55,497 nucleotides of DNA from the NCBI GenBank assembly GCA_000388065.2, contig KB932203.1; one strand, given 5' to 3'. The notes under the pieces are model-generated. The model was not told where the DNA came from. It ran no database searches and worked only from the letters and a program-made list of their open reading frames with translations. The stretch comes from Fonticula alba ATCC 38817. Its lineage: Eukaryota; Protista; Nucleariida. Position 1 is the stretch's first letter. Each line of letters begins with the position of its first letter. The position numbers were made by a program, and so were the translations under genes. This document shows, piece by piece, positions 1-10,139 of this stretch.

Positions 1-577
1 CCCGGCCCCCGGCCCCCGGCCCCCCCCCCCCCGGCCCCCAGTGTTGTCCCGCCTTGGACTAGTCTAGCGCCTGGCAACCGGGCCGAATTGGGTCATTGCC
101 GGCCACATGCCGCACTCTTTTCCGCTCATTCTCCCTCGGCCTCGCCTCTCGCCCGCTCTGTCCCGGGCGTTGGCGAGCGGGCGGGACGTCCGCCGGCACA
201 CTCAGTCGGGAATATTCTCCCGCGCGCGCTCGGGCACCAGAATGGGCCTCCCGTCTCACGGGTTCTCTCCCCCCCCCGCCCCGGAGGGCGGCGACCGCCC
301 TGCCCGATGCTGACGCCGCGCGCCCCCCCCCCCCCGGCTGGCGGGGCCAACCCCACCGTCCAGGCGGGCCGCATGCGACGCAAGCACCAACCACGCACAG
401 GCCCTCAAAAATGGGCGGGTCCCCCGCCCAGCCGTGCGACCTGACCACACAGCAACCTCCCCCCCTCCTCCCCCTCCACCACTGCCCAGCGTCACCCGCC
501 CCGCCCTACTCCTCCACCTCCCTCCCTCCCTCTCTCTCTCTCTCTCTCCTCCGCCCTTGCCCCGCACCATCGCCATC

Positions 578-3066
578 ATGTCCGATACCGAGTCGTCCGC
601 CAGCGTCGCCAAGCCCGACTTCGCCCAGGACCCGCCGGCCGCCGCCGAGAAGGAGGCCGCCGCCGAGAAGGAGAGCACCACCTCGAAGGACACCACCAAG
701 AAGGACGCCGCCTCCGACAAGGACGCCGCCCCGGGTGCCGACGGTGAGGCCGCCTCCCCGAGCGCCGACTCCGCCTCGAAGAAGCGCACCGCCGAGGACC
801 TGAGCGATGATGAGCCCGCCCCCAATCGCAAGCGCGCCCACACCACCGGCTCCCGTGCGTCCTCCGGCGGGCCGCTGCTTCTTTTCTCCCGCCATCTTGC
901 CCCCCTCCCTCACTCACCTGTCTCTCTCTCTCTCTCTCTCTCCCTCCCCTCCCTCTCCGCTTCCTCCTTTCCTCGCTCGACCACAGCCGCCGGCGAGCGC
1001 TCCCTCGAGGTGAGCATCCCCTCCGCGTCGGCTGCGTCCATCCTCGGCGACGACCACACCAATCTGCGCGACATCGAGGCCGAGACCGGTGTCACTATCA
1101 CCGTCGGCGACGGTGCGTCCTCCCCCCCTCCTCCCCCCCCTTTCTCCCTCCCCCGTTCGCGTGCCCGGCTCGCCTGCTTGCCCATAACCGGACACCTGTA
1201 CTTACGCACATCACAATGCCCTTCTCCCCCTGCCCCCCCCCCTCACAGAGGCTGTCGGATCGCTCATCCTCCTGACCATCACTGGCCCGGAGGCCGGTGT
1301 TTCCACCGCGCGTGAGCGTCTTTCCTCCCTGATTTCCATCAACAGCCCCACCAGCACTGGTGCGTTTCAGTTCCTCCTCCCCCCCTCTCTTCCTCTTTGC
1401 TTGCTATACACCCCCACTGACATCTCCCCTCCCCTCCCCCCCCCCGCTCTCGCTGGCCCCTTCTCGCCACGCCACCCTAGGCGCGGCCATCTCCACGGTC
1501 ACCTCCAGCAGCACTACCACCACCACCGAGAGCGGGAACATCAGCTCCACCGTGGGCACCGAGCACATGCAGTTCCAAGCGCCGCTCGGCCACGCGATCT
1601 CCACCAACTCCGACGAGCACAAGCGCATCAGCGAGGCCTCCGGCGCCAAGATCTACTGCCTGCCGCCGCAGAACCCCCACGACCCGTCCCAGCGCGAGCT
1701 GACCCTCATCGGCACGCAGGAGGCCCGGGCCGAGGCCCGGCGCCTGATTCAGGAGGTCCTGGACGCGGATCAGCGCATGCTGGAGGAGCACGGCCCGGAG
1801 GCCTTCAACCACCACCACGGCGGCCACCACGCGGCCGGTGCCGGTGCCGGGCACCATGGGCACCATGGTGCCGGTGCCGGTGGCGACCATTACGGCGGTA
1901 ATGCCGGCCACCACGCCGGCGGCGACCACTACGCCGGGGGCCACCACGGCGGCGACCACTACGGCGCCGGGCACCATGGTGCTGGCGGGGCCGGCGGCGC
2001 CGGCAGCGGGTCCCTCCCCCCGGGCATCGACATGACCCGGTCCTCCACCCGGACTCACGGCATCCTGGCCAATGAGCCGGTGCCGCCCGGGCACATCCGC
2101 AAGGAGATGCAGGTCCCGGGCAATGTGGTTGGCCTGATCATCGGTCGTGGTGGTGACACCATCCGCCGGATGCAGCACGACTTCCAGTGCCGCATTCACT
2201 TCCCCACCACCATCGATGGCATCCCGCAGCAGGGTGCCCCGCAGCGGGTGCTCCTGCTGCAGGGCGAGGCGCCGGCCGTTGCCCGTGCCGAGGACGCCGT
2301 CAACTCCATCATCGCCACCGGCAACCCGCACCTGGCCCCGGTGCCGGGGAATGAGACCGTGCAGTTCCACATCCCGGCCAACTCGGCCGGCACCGTGATC
2401 GGCCGCAATGGCGACATCATCCGCTGGCTGCAGGCCAGCACCAACACCACGGTCCGCGTGGAGCCGGTCGACGGTCACAACAACCGGAATGTCATCATTT
2501 CCGGCACCCCGGACCGGATCGCCAACTGCCGGGCCATCATCAACGCGCGCATTTCCGGCGACCCCAATGCCCCGGGCCCCTCGCATGCGGAGCTCCGCGC
2601 CAGCAACATGGCCCGCCAGGGTGGCATGATGGGCGGCGGCATGATGGGCGGCGGCATGATGGGTGACATGCGCGGTGGTGCTGGTGGCTACCGCGGTGGC
2701 GCCGGTGGCGGCTATGGCGGCGGCTATGGGGCCGGTTACGGCGGGGCCCAGGGCCAGGGCCAGCACATGGCCGGCTACGGGGCCCAGGGCCAGAGCGCCG
2801 AGTATGCGGCCTACATCCAGCAGTATTACCCCTTCTACGGGTATGGCACCGACCCGTCCTCCATGGCGGCCTACTCCGGCCAGCAGGGCGCCGCGGCGGC
2901 CGCGGCCGCTGCCCAGTACCAGTACCCCGGCTACCAGTACAACTCGCAGACCGGTACCTGGACGCCGACTGGTGCCGGTCCCGGGGCTAGCCCGTCGGCC
3001 GCGGCCGGCGCCGGGTCCACCCCCACTGGCGGCTCTTCCACCCCCAAGGACGACCGCCGCGACTAA
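578..3066 (+). CDS. Four-KH-domain RNA/ssDNA-binding protein, FUBP1/KHSRP-like. Exons approx 578-854, 987-1112, 1249-1359, 1481-3066
   Basis: GTGCGT...AG introns splice in frame. The N-terminus has a bipartite NLS-like KKRTAEDLSDDEPAPNRKR. Four KH-type repeats follow (e.g. VPGNVVGLIIGRGGDTIRRMQ and IPANSAGTVIGRNGDIIRWLQ), then a Gly/Met RGG region and a Tyr/Gln-rich tail (AEYAAYIQQYY), as in FUBP-family proteins. Confidence 0.85.
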
Positions 3067-3486
3067 GTGCGCAGTGGGTGTGTGCACTGCGTTCCTTCCC
3101 CCGAGGGGGAGCCCCAGGGAGGAGAGCGCAAGGTGATATGGCCCAATCAAGAGAGGGGGACACCGCGCGCATGGGCGTCTGTCTATCGGGGTGTTGTCTG
3201 CGTGTCGTCCCTCATGCATGCGCCCGCACACATGTGTGTATGCATGTGTGGAGGTGTCACCGTGCACACACGCGCAAGCACACAAGGGGTGCTGTGTTTG
3301 CGCTGCCGACGTGGCCGCGTCACGTCGCCGAGGCCTTCGCCACACATCCGTCGTCTGTATGCCATGTCGTCCGCCCCGCCCCGCCCCGCCCCCAGGTCCA
3401 TCCTCCCTGTCGCCCGTCCTTCGCGTGCCCGCCTCTTCGCCCTGTCTTCTGCCTGTTCTTTCTCCCTTCTCGCAAACGCACGCATT

Positions 3487-3574
3487 GCATCGCATCGCAT
3501 CGCATCGCATCGCACGCATCGCACGCATCGCACGCATCGCACGCACCGCACGCACCGCACGCACCGCACGCACC
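3487..3574. repeat. Compound tandem repeat (GCATC)5(GCACGCATC)3(GCACGCACC)4
   Basis: Read directly from the sequence, downstream of the KH gene stop. Confidence 0.9.
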
Positions 3575-4785
3575 GCACGCATGCACCATCTTCCCCCCTT
3601 CACCTGAGGATTGGTCCCGCTCTTCTGCTCCTTGTTGCACTGCCTTGCCTTCGCGCGCCCCTGCTCCCTGTTCCACTCCGCACCCCGTCTCCTTCTGCCC
3701 GCCCACGCCCACCCTCCTACCTGTCCTCGCCGCACGCACGCACGCACGCACGCACGTACGCGTCCATGCATGTGTGCTCGTGTACATGGCGCCTCGTTGC
3801 ACCACCCCTCGCCACTCGTCATCATGCATGCTCTCGCGCGGTCGCCCACTTCCCCTCCCATGCTCCCATGCTCCCTGCTCCCGCGCTTGTGCCCCGCTTG
3901 CTCCCCCCCTCCTCCACCACCTTCCTCTCCCTCCACCCTCTGCCTCGCCTGCCTGCTCGTCGCTTCCGCTCGCACACACGCATACGCACGCGCCCCGCCC
4001 CCCCCCCCTTTTGCACTTCCCGCCAGTCAGAGAGAGAGAGAGAAACACACACACATACAGACACACGCGCGTACACAGATGATGGGTCGCAGATCGCCAA
4101 CAAAAAGAACCAGGAGAAAGAACAAGAAGAGGCACCTCTCCCCTTCCCTCACCCCACCNNNNNNNNNNNNNNNNNNNNNNNNNNNNNNNNNNNNNNNNNN
4201 NNNNNNNNNNNNNNNNNNNNNNNNNNNNNNNNNNNNNNNNNNNNNNNNNNNNNNNNNNNNNNNNNNNNNNNNNNCCCCCTGTCCTTGTCCAGCCGCGGCC
4301 CCCAGCCCGCTCGCCTGCGCTTGCGTGCGCGCGCGGGAGGGGGGGCGCGCCGCCGAGCGAGCACCCTCCCGCGCCGCCCCGACCCTCCCCCCATGTGCAT
4401 GTGCCCCCCACCCCCCCACCCCCGGAAAAAAAAAAGAAGAATACAATACACGCAGTTCTATGGCGCCTTGTCCTTCCTCCTCCTCCTCCCCCCCCGGCCC
4501 GCCCTCCGATCGGGGCACAGGGGCCACACCGCGCGGGGCACACCAACGCGCATCAATGCAGGGCGGTCACATGATCAGCAGCGGACCATGCTCTGGTCAC
4601 CGCGCGCTTTTCCGCCGGTGGATCGCCTCCGCCGGGTTTCCTGGCAGGCGCATGCCAGATCTCCCCTCCCCTCCCCTCCTGCGCCCCCTGCTTCTTGCCT
4701 CTTGGCTGGTGCCTTGCGCCCCCGCCCCCGCCCCCGCCCCCCCCCCCCCCCCCCTCCCCCCCCCCTCCCCCCCCCCCCCCCCCCC

Positions 4786-5575
4786 ATGACAGACACCCGG
4801 CCGCAGGCCATCGCCTCGCGGGCCTCCGCGGCGGCCCTCTGCCACCCGAACCTGTCGCTGGGCGACCAGGTACCAGCATCGCTGGTGCATCTCTTCGGCG
4901 AGCAGGCTCACCACTGTGGTGAGCTGACCGAGGAGGACTTCGTCAGCTTCTATGACATCGCCTCCACCATCGCTTGGATCGAGGAGGGCGGCTTCTCCCG
5001 AGTGCGCTCTCTGCCCCCCCCCCCCCCGCCGCCCTGTGGCAATGTCCTCCCGGCCGCTGCCCTGCCGGGCCCCGCCGGGCCCCGCCTTCCGGACGCTGAC
5101 ATTGTTCGCTCACCCTCCGTCCACAGATCTGCCTCCAGTTTCCAGACAGTCTCCTCCACCACTCGGTGATTGTGACGCGCATCTTGGAGCGGCCTTTTGC
5201 CGCGCCCCAGAAGGCCCCCCTGGTGGGAGACTGTGGCGCGGCCGGCCGCGCCGAGGGCTGTTGCTCTGGTGGCGCCTGCGACCGAGGCTCGGCCACCAGC
5301 GCCACCGCCAGCACCCGCGCAGGTGGCTGCTGCAAGGAGCCCTCTTCCTCGGTGGCCGTCCCCGGGGCCGGGCCCTCCTTCTTCCTGATGGCCGACTCTT
5401 CCTTCGCGGAGGTGGAGGTCGACGAGATCGCCGCAGCTCATGTCAACGCTGATGCTGTGGTGCACTATGGCCGCGCGGCCCTCGGCGCGTGCGTTTCCCC
5501 TCCCTCCCGATGTTGACGTGCCGGCGATGCGCATGTCCTAACTTACCTTCATCCACCCCTTCTCTCTCCCTCCCT

Positions 5576-5629
<54 letters not shown>

Positions 5630-7622
5630 CGCACACACACACACACACAAACCTATCGCCATTCGTCCAGCACGACCCGCATTCCAGTGCAGTTTGTCTT
5701 CGGCAAGTACCCCGTCCTGCCGGAGCTTCTTGCCAAGGCCCTCTTCCCCACGCCGATCGACGAGGTCGCCCCCCTGGCCGCCGGTCAGGACTCCAGCGAT
5801 GACAGCTCAGTCAGCATCGACCAGCTGCCTGGCAGCCAAATCCGCTTGGCGGTCTTCTACGATGTGGGCTACGCGCATGCCATTGGTGTGTCCGCCTGGC
5901 CCTCCCGCTCCCTTTCCTTCCCCCCTTCCCCCCCCCCCCCCCCCCCCCCCCCCTGCCCCCGGCCGTCCCCTCCGTCCCGACTGACACCTTCCCCTTCCTG
6001 CCTAGGCGACATTGAGGCGGCCATCCGGACCCGNNNNNNNNNNTGCCTAGGCGACATTGAGGCGGCCATCCGGACCCGGCGGCCGGACATCGCCTGCCTG
6101 GCGGTCAGCCACCTGACCCGTTCCTGGCCCGGACTGAAGGCCGCCCAGGCGGGCATTGGGGCTCTCAAGTGCCAGTGCGATCAGGACGCCTCCGGGGCTG
6201 CCAGTTGCGCGGCCTGCAACCCTCCGACCCTCTCCGGACGGATCATCCGCGTGCCCGATGTCGGCCCCGGTCCCGGGGATCTGACCCCGCTGGCGCCCGG
6301 CGCCCCTGCGCGCACCTACCAGCAGGAGGCCCAGGCCATGTCCCGCTTCCGTGCCCTGTTCATCGGGAATCCCGAGGCGCCGACCCTGGCGCAGCTGATG
6401 CTCCGTTACAATGCCGCGGTCGAGTGGCTGACCGTGGACCCGGCGCAGGGGCTACTGGAGGGTGGCGCCGGGCTCGGGGCCGCCACGGCCGATGCCCAGG
6501 CCCCGCTGCGGTCATACACGGTCGGCCACTCGCGCCACGCCACGCCGCGTGTCCTGTCCCGGCGTCTGCATTTGATCCAGCGCGCGCGCGATGCCCTGGT
6601 CATTGTGTTGGTGCTGGCCTCCCCCTCGTCGCCCTATGCGCTGCCCATTTGCCGGCGCCTGCAGCGCCTGGCCGGGGCCCAGGGCCGCAAGACCTACACC
6701 CTGGTTATGGGGCAGATCCGCCCGGAGAAACTGGCCAACTTCCTGGAGGCCGAGGTCTTTGTCATCATCGGCGGTGCCGAGACCATCACCGAAGATGTGG
6801 TCGGCCTGGGCCGGAGCTCGGCCGGCACCGGGTCCAGCGACCGCGACTACTTCCGCCCGGTGATCACGCCCTTCGAGCTGGAGATCGCCCTTGGCGAGTG
6901 CGTTGTTCCCTTGCTCTGCCCCTCGCTTCGCCTCTTGGGTGTCCCCCTGCTCTGCGCCCCACATTCGCATGCTCCCTGTTGCACCTTGATTGACTTGCTC
7001 CCCCTTCCCTCCTCCGCCCGTCCGTCCGTCCGCCCTTCCTTTCATCTCCCTCTCTCTCTCTCTCTCTCTCTCTGCCCCCCCCCCCCCTGCTCCCCGGTGC
7101 TGGTCATGCAGGACCGAGTGGACTGGCAACTACCTGCTGGACCCGGCGGATGTGTGGCCGATCCTCACCAATCCGGATGCCGCCGCCAGCAAGGCCGGGC
7201 CCGAGGACGACTCGGCCACCGGCGATGGCAGCCCCTCGGGCGACGAGGACAGCGAGGATGATGTCTACTATTCGCTGATCACCGGGCGCATGATGCGTCG
7301 CAACCGCGGGGTCACCGAGGCGGCCGGCAGCGCCGGGTCCCGGGCCGAGAGTGCCAGCGGCACGGTTTCGCTGGAGCTCGAGCCGGAGCCTACCGATGCC
7401 AGGCCCCAGCCGGCTGGAGCCATCGAGCTGCGCCAGGGCCCCGGCGCGCTGGCCTCCTGGAGCCCGTCCACCTCCTTCCTCAACACCCGGCACTATCAGG
7501 GCCTGGAGCCGCGCATCGGCGAGCATGCCCCGGTCCTGGCCACCGAGGGGCGGCGCGGCATTGCCAAGGGCTACTCCGCCGAGCCGTCACACCCGGGTGC
7601 TTCTTCGCCCCCCTCGTCGTAG
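4786..7622 (+). CDS. DPH2: Diphthamide biosynthesis protein 2. Exons approx 4786-5001, 5127-5488, 5671-5885, 6006/6051-6897, 7112-7622; possible alternative last intron 7597-7822/7825 with stop at 7842
   Basis: Spliced translation gives FYDIASTIAWIEEGGFSR|ICLQFPDSLL, VDEIAAAHVNADAVVHYG, RPEKLANFLEAEVFV, YFRPVITPFELEIAL and the DPH2-type C-terminus YQGLEPRIGEHAPVLATEGRRGIAKGYS. The start codon is uncertain because of the upstream C-run and an upstream in-frame ATG. Confidence 0.9.
5524..5551 (+). repeat. Copy 1 of exact 28-nt direct repeat GCGATGCGCATGTCCTAACTTACCTTCA (DPH2 intron 2)
   Basis: Identical to 7689-7716. Both copies are followed by (CCCT)n(CT)n. Confidence 0.9.
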
Positions 7623-7688
7623 GGGCACGCATCATCCAGGTACATCGCCCCTCGTCGGACTGCGGTCAACGGCCCGGCAGGTGTTCCC

Positions 7689-7716
7689 GCGATGCGCATG
7701 TCCTAACTTACCTTCA
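7689..7716 (+). repeat. Copy 2 of the exact 28-nt direct repeat (DPH2 3' region or putative last intron)
   Basis: Identical to 5524-5551. Confidence 0.9.
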
Positions 7717-7732
7717 CCCTCCCTCCCTCCCT

Positions 7733-7764
<32 letters not shown>

Positions 7765-9316
7765 GCCCCTTCTACTTCTTCCCTTCCCTCTGTCTCCTCT
7801 CCTGCTGGCGCGGGTGGCCCAGCAGACGGAACGGCCGCGTAGCCAGCTTCCCACTCATGGCGTTGTGCGGTGAGCTCAAGACGCGGCCAAGATCAAGTAC
7901 CACTGCTGCCCCGTGTCTTCCCCGGGGGCGGGTCGGCATGCGCAGGGTCTTCCCTGGGCCGGGTTAGGAGGAGCGGAAGGAGGCGGCCAGGTGTACAGTC
8001 AGGATCTTGGGCCGCGCCCGAGCTGTCTTCCGCCCGGTGGTTGGCAGTCAGTGCGGGCGGCCCAGCAGCACTGGGCGTCTGGGGCTGCCTCACTCCGCGC
8101 TTCCACACGCACAGGCCTCTACCAACATGCATCGCGCCCCCTGGCTTTGCCGGGTGGTGGTGGTGGTACTCGGCGACTCGCAAGCCCCCTCGGCCTGGAC
8201 TACACCCTGTGGCTGGCATGTGTGTGTGTGTGCGCTCGCACGCACATACACACACACCTGTCCTCCTGGGGCAAGCAATCGCCGAACACACCTCCTCTCC
8301 TCTTTTCCGCGCCCCCCCCCCCCCCCCCCCCCGTCCCTTTCTTTCTGGCGTTCATGCCCACATGTGTCCTGACACCATGCCCCGCCCCCCCCCTTCCGCC
8401 CCCCTTCCGCCCAGCCTCCCGGCCTCACCACATGCGGCCCTCCTCCGCGCACGGCATTAACTGAAACGCAGACCGCCCGGTAGTTAATGCGCCCTAGAAG
8501 CGCGCCCCCTTCCAATATACACCCAATCCATTGTCACTTTCTTCTTGCGCGCCTCGGCCGGCCCCGAGAGTGGGGACTTCGGCGTATCGCGCGTTGGGGC
8601 CTGAGGCCCACCGCAGACCGTTAGTCCCTGACTCCAAGCATGGTGATGGCCACGGATATTCGTGGTTCCGGAGCGCTCGGGTGCGCGCGCACTTGTGCGG
8701 GGGGGGGGGGGGGGGGGGGGCGAGGGCGCGCACGCGCACACGTATCCGGACCCCGTTCAGGGCAGGACCTCTTTTCGGGCGCCACGCACCACACTAGATC
8801 GGCCCGATTCCAGTGGCACACAGCGGTCTGGGATGTGCACAGCGAGCTCCCAGCCTCTCTCCCTTCTCCTTCCTCCCTTTCTCCCCCTTTCTCTGCTTCT
8901 CTCTCTCTCCCTCTCTCCCTCTCCCCCCTCTTCGCCCCTTCGCCCGTTCTCTCTTCTGTGGCTTCTTCTCCTCTTCACGCCCGCCCCCTCCCCTCTTTCC
9001 CGGCGGCCCCGTTCAGAGCGCGTGCGAGCGCGCGCGTCCTTCCGACCGCCTTCCCCCCCCCCCCCCCCCTTCCTTCCCCCTCCCAAGCGGGAGCATAGCC
9101 CTCCCCGGCGCGCGTCTTCTGCGCTTGTCTGTTCGTCTTGCTCCTTGTCTGCCTTTTCGTGTCCGATGCGCCGCAACGTCCGCCTTAACCTGCCCCGGCC
9201 GCCTAACCTCACTTGCCCTGCTTTGCCCCTTCCGCATGTCACTTGCCGGCGTATCCCCCCCCCCCCCCCCTGCCGGCCCCCCTCCCGTGCGCCAGGTCCT
9301 GTGCCCTCCTGAGACC

Positions 9317-9988
9317 ATGAGCGATCAGGGGCCCCCCTCTGACAGCGGCGCGCCTCTCCCCGCGGCCGGTCGCCAGCCTGCCGCTGTTTCAAGCCCAGCC
9401 AGCCGCTCGCCCTCCCCCTCTGGTGAGGAGGCCCCCATGTCGGACTTGGGCCACAGCGAGCACTCGGACATTGGGCCGGATGCCAGCTCGGACGTCGAGT
9501 CTGACCTGGGCTCGGAGCTTGGTTCCTCTGAGGAGCTGGACGACGCCTCGACCCTGAGCCAAGATGACTTCGGTTCTGGCGCCGAGTCGGAGACCGTGGC
9601 CGATGACAGCGATACTGACGCCGTGGACCAGGAGCTCGAGGACCTGCTCAACCGTGGGACCAGCTCCCCCGGCGCGTCCGACGGTCCGCAGGCCGGCCCG
9701 GGCTCCGGGGCCGACCCTACGGACTCCGAGGTGGCCGGTGCTGTCGAGGATGATGGCATGCATGTGGAGGAGACTTCGCCGCTGGTGTCGCCCTCCGACA
9801 ATGGCACGGACGCGGTGATGGCAGCGGCCGATGTCGATCTGGACAGCGACCAGGCCAGCATGTCCGACTTTGAGGGTGTCAGCTCGGCGGGCGATAGTGC
9901 TGGTTCGGCCAGCGAGGCCGGATCTGGCATGACCGACAGTGACGCGCCTTCCGATGGCCATAGTGATGCTGATGTCGATGATGGCAGT

Positions 9989-10019
<31 letters not shown>

Positions 10020-10108
10020 ACGACGACGCTGACCATGCTGCTGCTGTTGCTGTTGATGATGATGATGACGGCGACGGGAACGACGACGATGGCAGCGACG
10101 TCAGCGAG

Positions 10109-10139
<31 letters not shown>

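Noticed and set aside
1312-1359. Apparent tiny intron plus 14-nt poison micro-exon in the KH gene (GTGAGC...AACAG...GTGCGT)
   Set aside because: The stretch reads in frame as TARERLSSLISINSPTST and completes the KH1 helix, so it is most simply exon. At most, 1312 is an in-frame alternative donor.
1477-3975. 832-aa minus-strand ORF
   Set aside because: Antisense shadow of the GC3-rich KH CDS plus microsatellite translation, with no domain signal.
3067-4785. Upstream part of the 700-aa ORF 3067-5169
   Set aside because: Low-complexity, crosses an N gap and is built from microsatellites. Only the part from about 4786 matches DPH2.
5999-6078. 35-nt direct duplication flanking a 10-N gap in DPH2 (TGCCTAGGCGACATTGAGGCGGCCATCCGGACCCG)
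   Set aside because: This is the pattern of overlapping contig ends that were not merged. It is an assembly artefact, not a tandem acceptor or exon duplication.
7857-7960. KIKYHCCP resembling a zf-HIT fragment
   Set aside because: There is an in-frame stop just upstream, no workable splice sites and no remaining Cys/His ligands.
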